From: the human T2T-CHM13v2.0 reference genome, Homo sapiens
Strand: one strand, 5' to 3'
Length of the DNA stretch: 64,000 nucleotides
Assembly (NCBI RefSeq): GCF_009914755.1
Contig: NC_060925.1
The translations under genes and the position numbers were made by a program. This document shows, piece after piece, positions 1 through 13,900 of the stretch; positions within the stretch are counted from its first letter, which is position 1; each line of letters starts with the position of its first letter. The notes under the pieces were generated by a model, which was not told the origin of the DNA, ran no database searches, and saw only the letters and a list, made by a program, of their open reading frames with translations.

Positions 1-3000
1 CAATGATTCCGTTAGAGCCCATTCCATGATTCCATTCAATTCCATTCGCTGATGATTGCATTCAAGTCTATTCGATGATTCCATTCGATTCAATTCGATG
101 ATGATTCCATTTGGCGTCATTCAATGATTCCATTCGTTTTCATTCGATGATGATTCCATTTGATTCCATTAGATGATTCCACTTGATTCCATTCGATCAT
201 GATCCCATTCGAGTCCATTCAATGATTCCTTTCGATTCCATTCGATGATGATTCCCTTTGGGGCCATTCGAAGATTCCATTCAATTCTATTTGATGATTC
301 CATTCGAGTACATTCGATTATTTCATTTGAGTCCATTCGAGGACGATTGCTTTTGATTCCATTCCATGATTATTCCATTCGAGTCCTTTCGATGATTCTA
401 CTTGATTCCATACTATGATGATTCCGTTTGATTCCATTCGATGATTCCATTCTATTCCATACAATGATGATTCCATTCGAGTACATTAGATGATTCCATT
501 CGATTCCATTTGATGATGATTCTATTCGTGCCCATTAGATTATTCCACAGGATTCCATTCGATGATGATTCTGTTCGAGTCCATTTGAAGATTCCATTTG
601 ATTCCATTCGATGATGATTCCATTCGATTCCATTCATTGGTGATTCCATTCGATTCCACTCATTGGTGATTCCATTCAATTCAATTCACTGATTCCATTC
701 GATTTCATTCGACAATGATTCCATTCGATTCCATTCTAAGATTCCACTCGATTCCACTTGGTGATGATTCCCTTTGATTCCATTGATGATTCCACTTGAT
801 TCCATTAGATGAAGATTGCCTTCGATTCCATTCGATGATTCCATTCAATTCCATTTCTTGATGATACCGTTCGATTCCATTTGAATATTCCATTTGATTC
901 TATTCGAGGATTCCATACGATTCCATCTTATTATGATTCTATTCGAGTCCATTCGATGATTTCGTTTGAGTCCATTCAATGATTCCATTCGATTCCATTT
1001 GATGATTCCATTCACGTTCATTTGATCATTATAGTCGAGTATATTCAGTGATTCCACTGGATTTCTTTCGATGATGATCACATTTGATTCCATTCAATGA
1101 TGATTCCAGTCGAGTCCATTCGATGATTCCATTCAATTACCATTGAGGATTCTGTTCGATCCCATTCTATGATTCCCTTCGATTCCATTCGATGATCATT
1201 CCTTTCAATTTAATTCAGTGATTCCACTGGATTCCTTTCGATGTTGATTCCATTAGATTCAATTCGAAGATGATTCCATTCGATTCCATTCGATTATGAT
1301 TCCATTCGATTCACTTCGATGATGACTCCATTCAGTTCTATTTCATGATGATTCTATTTGGTTTCATTTGATGATGATTCCATTAGATTCCATTTGATGA
1401 TTCCATTCGATTACATTTGTTGATGGTTCCATTCGATTCCATTCGATGAGGATTCCATTGGATTCCATTCAATGATGATTGCATTCTATTTCATTCAATA
1501 ATGATTCTATTTGATTCCATTAGATGATGATTCCATTTGATTCCATTCGATGATGATTCCATTCGAGTGCATTCGATGGTTCCATTCCATTCCATTCGAT
1601 GATAATTCCATTCGACTCCATTTGATGGTTCCGTTCAGTTCCATTCGTTGATAATTCCATTCGTGTCCATTCAATGATTCCATTCGATTCCATTTGATGA
1701 TGATTGCTTTCGAATCCATTCGATGATAGCATTCGATTCCATTCGATTATTCCATTCAATTCCATTGTAAGTTGATTCAATTCTAGTCCATTTGATAATT
1801 CCATTCGATTCCATTCTCCGATGATTCCTCTTGAGTTCATTCAATGATTCCATTCAATTCCAGTCGATGATGGTTCCATTCGATTCCATTCCCTGATGAT
1901 TGCTTTCGATTCCATTCGATGATCCCCTTCGATTCCATTCAAAGTTGATTCCATTCGAGTCCATTCGATTATTCCTTTCAATTCCATTCTCCGATGATTT
2001 CATTCGAGTCCATTTGATGATTCCATTCAACTCCAGTCGATTACGATTCCATTCGATTCCATTCAATATTTCCATTCGAGTCCATTCGATGATGATTCCA
2101 TTTAATTCCATTTGATGATTCCATTAGATTCCATTGGATGATTATTGCTTTTGTTTGCATTCGATGATTCCATTCGAGTCCATTCGATGATTCCATTTGA
2201 TTCCATTCGATGATGACTGCATTCAGTTCTATTCGATGATGATTCCAACAGATTCCATTTGGTGACTCCATTCGATTCTATTCATTGATGATTCCATTTG
2301 ATTCCATTCGATGATTACTGCATTCAGTTCCATTCGATGATGATTCCAACAGATTCCATTTGGTGACTCCATTCGATTCTATTCATTGATGATTCCATTT
2401 GATTCCATTCGATGATGACTGCATTCAGTTCTATTCGATGATGATTCCAACAGATTCCATTTGGTGACTCCATTCGATTCTATTCATTGATGATTCCATT
2501 TGATTCCATTCGATGATTACTGCATTCAGTTCCATTCGATGATGATTCCAACAGATTCCATTTGGTGACTCCATTCGATTCTATTCATTGATGATTCCAT
2601 TTGATTCCATTCGATGATGACTGCCTTCAGTTCCATTCGGTGATGATTCCAACAGATTCCATTTGGTGACTCAATTCAATTCTATTCATTGATGATTCCG
2701 TTTGATTCCATTCGATGATGACTGCATTCAGTTCCATTCGATGATGATTCCAACAGATTCCATTTGGTGACTCAATTCGATTCTATTCATTGATGATTCC
2801 ATTTGATTCCATTCGATGATGATTCTGTTAGATTCAATTTGATGATGATTCTGTTCAATTCAATTCGATGATGATTCCATTCGATTCCATTCGATGATGA
2901 TTCCATTAGATTCCATTTGATGATGATTCCATTCAATTCCATTCGATGATGATTCCATTTGATTTCATTCGATGATTCTATTTGATTGCATTCTATGATG

Positions 3001-6000
3001 ATTCCCTTCTATTCCATTCGATGACTCCATTCGATGCCATTTGATGATGATTCTATTCGATTCCATTTGATGATGATTCTATTTGATTCCATTCCATGAT
3101 GATTCCATTCGAGTCCATTGATGATTCCATTCAATTCCATTCGATGATGATTCTATTCAATTACATTCGATGATTCCATTCTATTACATTCAATGTTCTT
3201 TCCATTTGCGTCAAATCAATGATTCCATTCGAGTCCATTTAGTGATTCCATTGGGTTCAATTCAATGAAGATTACATTTTATTCCATTGGATGATTCCAT
3301 TTGTTTCCATTCATTGATGATTCCATTCGACTCCTTTTAATGATGATTCCTTTTGATTTCATTCGTTGATGATTCCATTCATTTCCGTTCGATGATGATT
3401 CAATTCGATTCCATTTAATGATGATTTCATTCGATTCCATTCAATGATGATTCAATTCCATTTCATTCTATGATTCTATTCGATTCCATTTGGTGATAAT
3501 TCAATTCTATTGCATTCGAGGATTCCATTCGATTCCATTCGATGTTGATTCCATTCAATTCCATTTGATGATGATTCCATTCGATTGCAATCGATGATGA
3601 TTCCATTTGTGTCCATTCGAATATTCCATTCAATTCCATTCGATGATGGTTCCATTGGTGTCCATTCGATGATTCCATTCCATTCCAATCGATGATGATT
3701 CTATTCAATTCCATTCGATGATGATTCCATTCGTTTCCATTTACTGATGATTCCTTTTGATTGCATTTGATCATTCTATTTGATTCCATTCGAAGATGAG
3801 TCCCTTCTATTCCATTCGATGATTCCATTCGATTCCATTCAATGATGATTTTATTCGATTCCATTTGATGATGATTCCATTCGTGTCCATTCGATGTTTC
3901 CATTCGATTCCATTCAAAGACGATTCCATTCGAGTCCATTAGATCATTCCATTTGATTCCTTTAGATGATGATTCCATTTGATGCCATTCGATGATTCCA
4001 TTCGATTTCATTCAATGATGATTCCATTCTAAACCATTTGATGATTCCATTCCATTCCATTTTGTGAGGATTCCATTCGAATCCATTCAATGATTCCATT
4101 CAATTCCATTCAATGATGATTCCATATGAGTCCATTAGATGATTCCATTCTATTCCAATGGATGATGATTCCATTTGGGTCCATTAGATGATTCCATTTG
4201 ATTCCATTCAATGATATTTCCATACGAGTCCATTCGATGATTGCAATCGTTTCCATACGATGAAAATTCCATTTGATTCCATTTGCTGGTTACATTCTAT
4301 TCCATTCGATGATGATTCCATTCGGTTACATTTGATGATTCCTTTCGATTCCTTTCGATGATGATTCCGTTTGGTTACATTATATGATTCCATTTGATTC
4401 CATTCCATGATGATTCTATTCGTGTCCATTACATGATTGCATTAGATTCCATTCGATGATGATTCCATTCTATTCAATTCGATGATGATTCCATTCGGGT
4501 CCATTAGATGATTCCATTCTATTGCATTTGATGATGATTCCATTCTATTCCATTCAAAGATGATTTTATTCGGGTCCATTAGATGTTTCCATTTGACTCC
4601 ATTTGATGATGATGGCATTCTATTCCTTTCGATGATGATTCCATTCGGTTCCATTGGATGATTCCATTTGGTTCCATTCGATGATTCCTTTCTACTCCAT
4701 TCAATGATGATTCCATTCAATTCCATTCGATGATTCTATTAGAGTCCATTAAATGATTGCTTTGATTCCATTTAATGTTGATTCCATACCATTCCGTTCA
4801 ATGATGATTCCATTCGATACCATACTATGATTCCTTTCGATTCCATTTGATGTTGATTCTATTTGATTTCATTCGATGATTCTATTCGAATCCATTCGAT
4901 GATGGTTCCATTCATTTCCATTGTATGATTCAATTTTATTATATTTGATGATGATTCCATTTGATTACATTTGATGATTCCTTTCGATTCTTTTCGATGA
5001 TGATTCCATGCGAGTGCATTCAATGGTGATTCCATTCGGTATCATTCGATGATTCCATTCAATTCCATTCGATGATGATTGCATTTGATTCCATTCGATG
5101 ATTCCATTTGATTCCATTCAAAGATGATTCCATTTGATTCCATTCGATGATGATTCCATTCGAGTCCTTTCGATGATTCCATTAGAGGCCATTTGATGGT
5201 TCCATTTGGTACCATTCGATGATGATTCCATTGTATTCCATTCGTTGATGATTCCAATCGATACTGTTCGATGATGATTCCATTCAATTGCATTCGATGA
5301 TGATTCCATTTGGTTCCATTCGTTGATTCCATTCGATTCCATTCGACGATGGTTCCATTTGATTCCATTCAATGTTTCCCTTAGATTCTATTCAATGATT
5401 ATTCCATTCGAGTCCATTCAATGGTGATTCCATTCTCTTGCATTCTATGGGTCCATTCGATTCCATTTGATGATGATTGCATTAGATTCCATTCGATGAT
5501 TCCATTTGATTTTATTCAAAGATGATTCCGTTCGATTCCATTCGATAATTCCATTTGATTCCATTTGATGATTCCAATGGATTCCATTTGATGATTATCC
5601 CATTCGAGTCCGTTTGATGATTCCATTCAATTCCATTTGATGATGAGTCCATTCATGTCCATTCCATGATTCCATTCGATGATGATTCTATTCAATTCCT
5701 TTCCATAATGATTCCATTCAATTACATTCAATGATGATTCCATTTGATTTCATTCGATGATTCTATTTGATTCCATTCAAAGATGATTCCCTTCTATTCC
5801 ATTCGATGATTCCATTCGATTTCATTCTATGATGATTTCATTGTAATCCGTTTGATGATTCCATTCCATTACATTCAATGATGATTCCATTCAAATCCTG
5901 TCGATGACTCCATTCGATTCCATTAGATGATGATCCTATTCGAGTCCATTCGATGATTCAGTGCGATTTCATTCGATAATAATTACATTCGATTCTATTC

Positions 6001-9000
6001 GATGATTCCTTTCGATTCCATTTGATGATGATTCCTTTCAAGTCCATTTGATGATTCCATTCAATTCTATTCAATGATGATTCCATTCGAGTCCATTCGA
6101 TGATTCCATTCGATTACATATGATGATGATTCCATTTGATTCCATTCGATGATTCCATTCGATTCCATTCATTGATGATTGCATTCGAGTCCATTCGATG
6201 TTTCCATTTGATTTCATTCGATGAAGATTACATTCGAGTCCATTTGATCATTCTGTTCGAATCCACTTGATGATTGCTTTTGATCGTATTCGATGATGAT
6301 TCCATTCGTGTCCATTAAATGATTCCATTCAATTCCATTCGATGATGACTCCATTCGGGTCCATTCGATTATTCCTCTCAGTTCTATTTGATGATGATTC
6401 AATTCGATTCCATTCAACGGTGATTAAATTCAATTCCATTCGATGGTTCCATTCGATTCCATTTGATGATAATTGCATTATATTCCATTCAATGATTCCA
6501 TTAGATTTTCTTCAAAGATGATTCCATTCGATTCCATTTGATATTTCCATTCGATTCCATTAGATGATTCCAATGGATTCCATTTGATGATGATTCCATT
6601 CGAGTCCGTTTGATGATTCCATTCAATTCCATTCGATGATTAATCCATTTGATGATGATTCCATTCGCGTCCATTTGATGATTCCATTCAATTCCATTCG
6701 ATGATGATTCCATTCGAGTCCATTCAATGATTCCATTCGATTCCATTCAATAATGATTCTGCTTGAGTTTTTTCGATGATTTCATTTGAGTCCATTCGAT
6801 TATTCCATTAGAGTCCATTCGATGATGATTCCATTCGACGCCTTTCAATGATTCAAAGATGATTCCACTCGTGTCTATTCGATGATTCCATTCAATTCCA
6901 TTTGATGATGATTCCATTCGAATCCCTTCGATGATTCCACTTGATTCCATTTGAAGATGATTCCATTCGAATCCATTTGATGATTCCCCTCGATTCCATT
7001 CAATGACTCTGTTCAATCCCATTCGATGATTCCCTTCGATTCCATTCGATGATCATTCCATTTGATTCAATTCAGTGATTCCATTCGATTCCACTTGATG
7101 ATGATTCCATTTGAGTCCATTCGATGATTCTATTCAATTCCATTCATTGAATATTCCATTCGAATCCATTTGATGATTCCTTTTGACTCACTTCGATGAT
7201 TCCATTTGATCCCATTCGATGATTCTCTTTGATTCCATTCGATTATCATTCCATTCTATTCAATTCGGTGATTCCATTCGATTCCATTCAATGATGATTC
7301 CATTTGATTCGACTCGATTATGATTCCATCCAATTCCATTCGATGATGACTCCGTTTGCTTCCATTTGATGATGATTCATTCGGTTCCATTCGATGATGA
7401 TTCCATTTGGTTCCATTTGATGATTCCTTTCGATTACATTTGTTGACAATTCCATTCGATTCTACTCAAAGATGATTCCATTCAATTCCATTCGATGATG
7501 ATTCCATTTGATTCCATTTGATGATGATTCCATGTGATTTCATTCAATGATTCTATTTGATTCCATTCGATGATGATTCCCTTCTATTCTATTCGATGAC
7601 TCCATTTGATTCCATTTGATGATGATTCTGTTCGATTCCGTTTGATGATGATTCCATTCGATTCCATTCTATGATGATTCCATTCGAGTCCATTCGATGA
7701 TTCCGTTTGATTTCATTTGATGATGATTCCATTCATTCCATTCGATGATTCCATTCTATTCCATTTGATGGTTATTCCATTTGAGTCGAATCGATGATTC
7801 CATTCGAGTCTATTGAATGATTCTCTTGGATTCAATTCGATGATGATTACATTTTATTCCATTCAATGATTCCATTTGTTTCCATTCGTTGATGATTCCA
7901 TTCGATTCCTTTCAGTGATGATTCCTTTCGATTTCATTCGTTGATGATTCTCTTCGGTTCCATTTGATGATGATTCCTTTTGATTCCATTTGATGATGAT
8001 TTCCTTCTATTCCATTCAATGATGATTCCATTCCATTTCATTCGATGATTCTATTCGATTCAACTCGAAAATGATTCCGTTCGATTCCATTTGATGATGA
8101 TTCCATTTGATTGCACTCAATGATGATTCCATTTGGTTCCATTCGAAGATTCCATTCGATTCCATTTGATGATGGTTCCATTGGTGTCCACTCGATGATT
8201 CCATTCCATTCCATTCGATAATGATTCTATTCAATTCCATTCGATGATGATTCCAATCGTTTCCATTCAATGATGATTCCATCTGTTGCATTTGATGATT
8301 CTGTTTGATTCCATTCGAAGATGAATCCATTCTATTCGATTCGATGATTCCATTCGATTCCATTTGATGATGATTCTATTCGATTACATTTGATGATGAA
8401 TCCATTCGAATCCATTCAATGATGATTCCATTTATGTCCATTCGATGTTTACATTTGATTCCATTCAATGACAATTCCATTCAAGTCCATTACATCATTC
8501 CCTTCGATTCCATTCGATGATGATTCCATTTGATGCCATTAAATGATTCCATTTCATTTCATTCTATGATGATTCCATTCTAATCCATTTGATGATACCA
8601 TTCCATTCCATTCGATGATGATTCCATTCGAGTCCACTCGATGATTCCATTCGATTCCAATCGATGATGATTCCATTTGGGTCCATTGGATGATTCCATC
8701 TGATTCCATTCGATGATGATTCCATTCGAGTCCATTCGATGATTCCATTCGATTCCATTCTCCGATTATTACATTCGAGTCCATTCGATGATTGCACTCA
8801 ATTCCATGTGATGAAGATTCCATTTGATTCCATTTGATGATTCCATTCCATTCCATTCAATGATGATTCCATTTGGGTACATTAGATGGTTCCATTCGAT
8901 TCCATTCGATGATGATATTATTCGTGTCTATTACATGATTTCATTCGATTCCATTCGATGATGATTCAGTTCTATTCAATTTGATGATGATTCCATTCGG

Positions 9001-9300
9001 GTCCATTAGATGATTCCATTCGATTCCATTCGATGATTCCATTTGATTACATTTGATGATGATTCCATTTGATTCCATTTGATGATTCCATTCTATTCCA
9101 TTTGATGATGATTCCATTCGCTTCCATTCAATGATGATACCATTTAATTCTATTCGATGATGATTCTTTTCGAGTCCATCCGTTTATGATTCCATTCAAG
9201 TCCATTGCATGATGATGCCTTTCGATTCCATTCGATGATGACTCCGTTCGATTCCATTCAATGATGATTCCTTTTGATTCCATTCCATGATAATTCCATT
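1..9300 (+). repeat. Human satellite II (HSat2/HSATII) array, diverged edge; continues beyond window start
   Basis: Continuous CATTC-derived repeat with HSat2 grammar (CATTCGATTCCATTCGATGATGATTC, ~23/26-bp units), dense TCGA sites. The MESNGIIEWN-type ORFs are its translations. Confidence 0.97.
2185..2820 (+). repeat. Six-copy 101-bp tandem array inside HSat2
   Basis: Marker CCAACAGATTCCATTTGGTGACT starts at 2245, 2346, 2447, 2548, 2649 and 2750 (exact 101-bp period). Confidence 0.95.
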
Positions 9301-9601
9301 CTATTCCATTCGATGATGATTCCATTCCATTCCATTCCATTGCATGACATTCCATTTCATCCGATTCCATTCCACTCCATTCCACTCCTCTCTTCTGCAC
9401 TCCATTCCACTCCATTGCATTCCATTCCATTCTATTCCACTGCTTTCCATTCCATTGCTTTCTTTCAAGAGTGTCTCACTCTGTCACCCTTCCTGTAGCA
9501 CAATGGGACAAACTCATCTCCCATTCCATTCCATTCCTCTCCATTCAATTCCATTCGATTCCATTCCATTCCATTCCATTCCATTCCATTCCATTCCATT
9601 C
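9300..9601 (+). repeat. HSat3-like (CATTC)n terminal tract containing an Alu fragment
   Basis: CGATGAT units disappear; near-pure CATTC at 9520-9601; ~9460-9520 resembles the reverse-strand Alu 3' end (GTCTCACTCTGTCACCC...). Confidence 0.8.
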
Positions 9602-10900
9602 GAAAAAGAAAAAGAGTTGCAAAGTCATACTCACTTTTCTGCTCTTGTCAGACAATTAGGGGTTCTTTGAATACTTCAGCCCTAATAATTTTCTTTTTAT
9701 CATACATATTGCAGTGCTTATCTAATTTTAAATATATTTTTGTTTCAAAACCCAGTTTCTTATTTGTTCTATCTGTAAGTTTGCAATATATTTTACTCTC
9801 TGTTCATTCTTTGATTTCAGAACTTCAATCTTTCTGAAGCATATTTTCAGAGTTTCTCTGTAGTTTCTTTAGTGGAATTCTGCTGGTGGCGTTTTGTTTT
9901 TTATCTATAAATATGTTATTTAGCCATAGGTTGATGAATATTTTTATTAGTTTAAAAATTCAGAATGGCATTATTATTCTTAACAAATAATATTGTTTAT
10001 TTTACATTTCATTTTTTTCAGATTTCAATATGATTAAAAGTAATTTCATTTTTCTAGTGCTAATTGAAATATTTTTACCTTCCTCGTTGTTTACTATTTC
10101 TCTAGCAGATACATAGGTGTAGGTTTATCTCCATTGTAGCTTGCTTAGCAACCATGGAATTTTTGAATATGCAGATTAGTGTCTTACAAATGTCTAGGGA
10201 AATTTCAGCCAAAATAAAATCACATATTGTCCCTTCCCAGTTCCATTCTTCTACGAGAACACTCTCTAAACACATGCTACACTTTATCACTGTATCTTCC
10301 ATAACTCTTCATGATTCTGTCCACATTTTACATGTTTTAAAATTTTCTGTAATGCATTCTGAAATATTTATGAACTCTCACCTTGGCCATGTCTAATCTG
10401 ATGAGTACATTTTTGAGATTTTAATTTAAAATAACTATATTTTTATGCAAACTACTTTTCAAATTTGCTACATCAATTTTTTAGTCTCCTAACAATATAT
10501 TCAATTTTTTAAAAAAATTTTGAAAGCAAATGTGCTTTATAATCTAACAATGATATTTCTACTAATGAACCTTTGTGGATCTGTTTGTACTCTTTTTCTG
10601 CTTTCCTTTCAAATGGTGGAATATCATTTCCTTGCATATTTAGATGCCTTTGAATGACAAATATTTATTTTTCTCTGAAAATTATTTTTGTGCGCTTTTG
10701 CCGATTAGTAAATAGAAAATTTGCCAAAGAGAATTTGAATTTTTTTGTGATTCTACTAAAGGCACCACCATTCTGGGACCACACTATGTTAATTCTTGGC
10801 CTAAAGCTGTTCGGACGTATGTTTGGACTGCACATTTAAACACTTTTTAAATTAGTTGCTGTAAATCATTAACGATTGAGTTTCTTTAAATCTGTCCAAT
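9602..10900 (-). mobile_element. Probable ancient L1 (L1M-type) fragments
   Basis: T-rich, highly diverged sequence with antisense-L1-like texture; boundaries approximate, no diagnostic motif. Confidence 0.35.
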
Positions 10901-13900
10901 CTCAAGTCATTTTTATGTGCCATTTCCAGGGAATGTGAAATGGGACTAATTTACCTCTGATTCTTCTTTATACTGAGGATAGAAATGTTGGTCCTAGCTT
11001 TAGGGAGGAGCTCCTGTGTGATGCCCTATCTTGGGAAACACTATGCATTTCTTTACTGTCCTATGTGATGTATGACAGTAGGAATCTGCACTCATTCATT
11101 TTGCTGCATGTCCGTAGGGCAAAATCAGTTTCGCTGTTTAGTTATATTTTGTCTGCTCCCTGCATTCCCATGGTTTTGATCTTACATTTTACTTTTATTT
11201 GAGAACATACCAGTGCTTCAAATTTTTTCCAGTAATATATTCAACTATATTATGAGAAAGAGAAAATAATTGATAAAACACAAATTTCATGTTTTCCTTC
11301 TCTAATTGTCTTTTACTTAAAAATACAGGTAAAATTTATTTGTGCTTTTTTGCTATTTCTGTTTTGCTATTCTCTGTTTGTCTATGTCTTCACCACATAG
11401 ACACAATTAGGGAATTTTGTACACTCTTGTGCCAACTGCTTTGATAGGAACAAAATGTATTTCTTGAACTCCTAGGTATAAAACTCAAGTATCCACCATT
11501 TAAATTCTTTTTTGCTCACTTGTATTATGTTTCCAGTCACAATAGAAATCGATGCCAATCCAGAAATACAAGCATTATTCTAATACTTCTCACACATTAC
11601 AGGTATAGATTAAATTTTCTAGATCTCCTTAAATACAATCATTTTTCACTACTTGTATCTTAACTGCTAAGTTCAGCATTTTCTATAATATTAATAAGTT
11701 GTGAAAATTTCCTTACTTTCTTATTTGTCCCAAGTTCAAGGTTTTGCAGTCTCTACCTCACCCTGTGAAGCATAAACATTGTACTATGCTGTACAAATAT
11801 TACATAGTTCATGTGCTTAGAGATTGCACAATTTTTATTTGGTTGACAATAGCTAATGTTTTCTTCTTCATTTTCTATTTCCTGATTTTTCTTTATTTAG
11901 TATATGCTGCATTATCATAAAAATAAGAACGTTTTACAAACTAAAGCAAAAGCAACCCTAGGAAAAAAATGCACAAATAAAATATATAAACATACATTTA
12001 GATGTACCATGTACACTACTAATTTATTTAGACTTTTAATTGTAGTACAATTTTAATTAAAGTCTGTGTATTATCTGTCATCGTCTTAGTATTTTTTATA
12101 TAACAAATTGTGTAAATCAAAAAGCCTCAATGTCATTATAAACTATCTTGGCAGAGGTTGATGTCCAAGGAATAATTTCTCTCCCAAATTATGTCAATCA
12201 GAATTTCACTCTACCATAATTCTTTAATCAGTTTCAGAGGAATCATAAATTTCAAAATTGTACAAGGTAGTCGTTGTAGTTCAAGTACATTTAGACAGGT
12301 GTAAAACTGTAGACAGACTGATACAAACATATTCTAATTGACACAAAATTATATGGGACCTATTTTAAAATCTAGACTTATAATGTCGTGTCAACGTACA
12401 CACGTTCTCCTTGTGAAATAATTGCTTTTTATTCTCTGGATAGAATAATTTAATCTTTAAACCTTCAATTCACTGTTAAAAACAAAATATTACATAAGGA
12501 TATGCTTATAAAAATAATTCGCAACTAGCTTTTCAATTCACAAATATATGTGAAAAATCATCAAGCATCTAATGGATTTCAAGGAGAAATGGGTTAGTAA
12601 TTTATTCCATATGTCTCAATTTTTCCTAGATTCAAGGCTTCCTTTAAAACAATTGTAGACATTTAAGAAACCATGTCAACTTAAAAGAAGAAATTGTGAC
12701 ACTGCCATTTAGGTTTTCTAAATCTTTGGACACGAATCAATATACTTTTTAAGTTTAACTTAATTAGACATTGTGAGTTCACTATCTTCCTGTCAGTATG
12801 GAATCCAAGCTGATTATCATAGATTACAAGTTCAACTATCAACTGTGTTCTGAGACTCTAAAAAAATAAATGAATGTATTTGTTTGGGTATTCTTAAAGC
12901 AGGAGTGAGGGCACAGTGAAAGTGAGACAAGGAAGAGAGAACAAAATAAAACAGGAAAGATAGAAAAACCAGTACCACACGTGTTAAGAGGCAAGTTCCT
13001 GTGTTAGATATCTGGGCTTAATTCTATAGGAAGCTATGTGGAGCATGCCTCAGAATTACATCACTGAATCCAGGGAGATTCTTCTTAGTTACCCTCACCT
13101 ATTCTTCCCACTTCATGCCCAGTATCAAACTCCCGTGCTGCTAGAGAAAGTCCTCAGCTAGAAACAGCTGCAAATTCTGGAGATGAGACCCTGTAGAGTG
13201 TTAAGAATGGTTTTCTTCCCAGCAGCTACAGGTAAGGAATAGGGGCTGGGCTATTAATACATCTGCTACAAATCAATATACCCCTTATGCTCCTTTTGGT
13301 GACCGACCATGTATTTAAACATATTAGATGATCAAGAAGGGCTGCAGAAAGGAGGAAAACAAAACAAACAGCACACCTCTTGGTTTATTTTTATTCATTT
13401 CATCAGTTTCAAGGAAAATGTGTTGGGAGTTCCTGGCATAGAGAAAGTCACAAAGATATGTTTTCAATAGTGGTGCTATCCTTAGGGCAGAGAAGATCCA
13501 GAGAAAGCCCAAGTGGCTGCTGGAACAAAGTCAGACACCGTGCCACCTGTCCACAATCCTTGGCTCTGCCACCATGCTGAAGATTGGTTTAAAGAACTGG
13601 CTTCCCTCCCCGCAAAATGAAAAGAGCACAAACTGAGAAACTGAATGTGGGAGACAGCAGTGGATTATGCTGTTCTCAGGGGTCACCTCAGGTTTGGAAG
13701 CATTCTTTCAAATTAACCCATCTCAGGCCATCTGCAGAGAAGAAAGGTGGTACCTAACTTTTTTTCTTGTCAGCACTTGGAAGGGGTGTTTTATTGACCA
13801 AATATGTTCCCACAACCTAGTTTTTTGTGACTAACTAAATATAGTAGATTTTTGAATTTTATCTTCAAAATCTATAGACAACTTTTTATTAAAATAGGCT

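Noticed and set aside
2185-2820. CRISPR-like regular repeat
   Set aside because: Whole units are repeated with no unique spacers; primate satellite context; no cas genes.
452-9670. Many MESNGIIEWN-type ORFs
   Set aside because: These are translations of satellite DNA; periodic low complexity, no gene structure.
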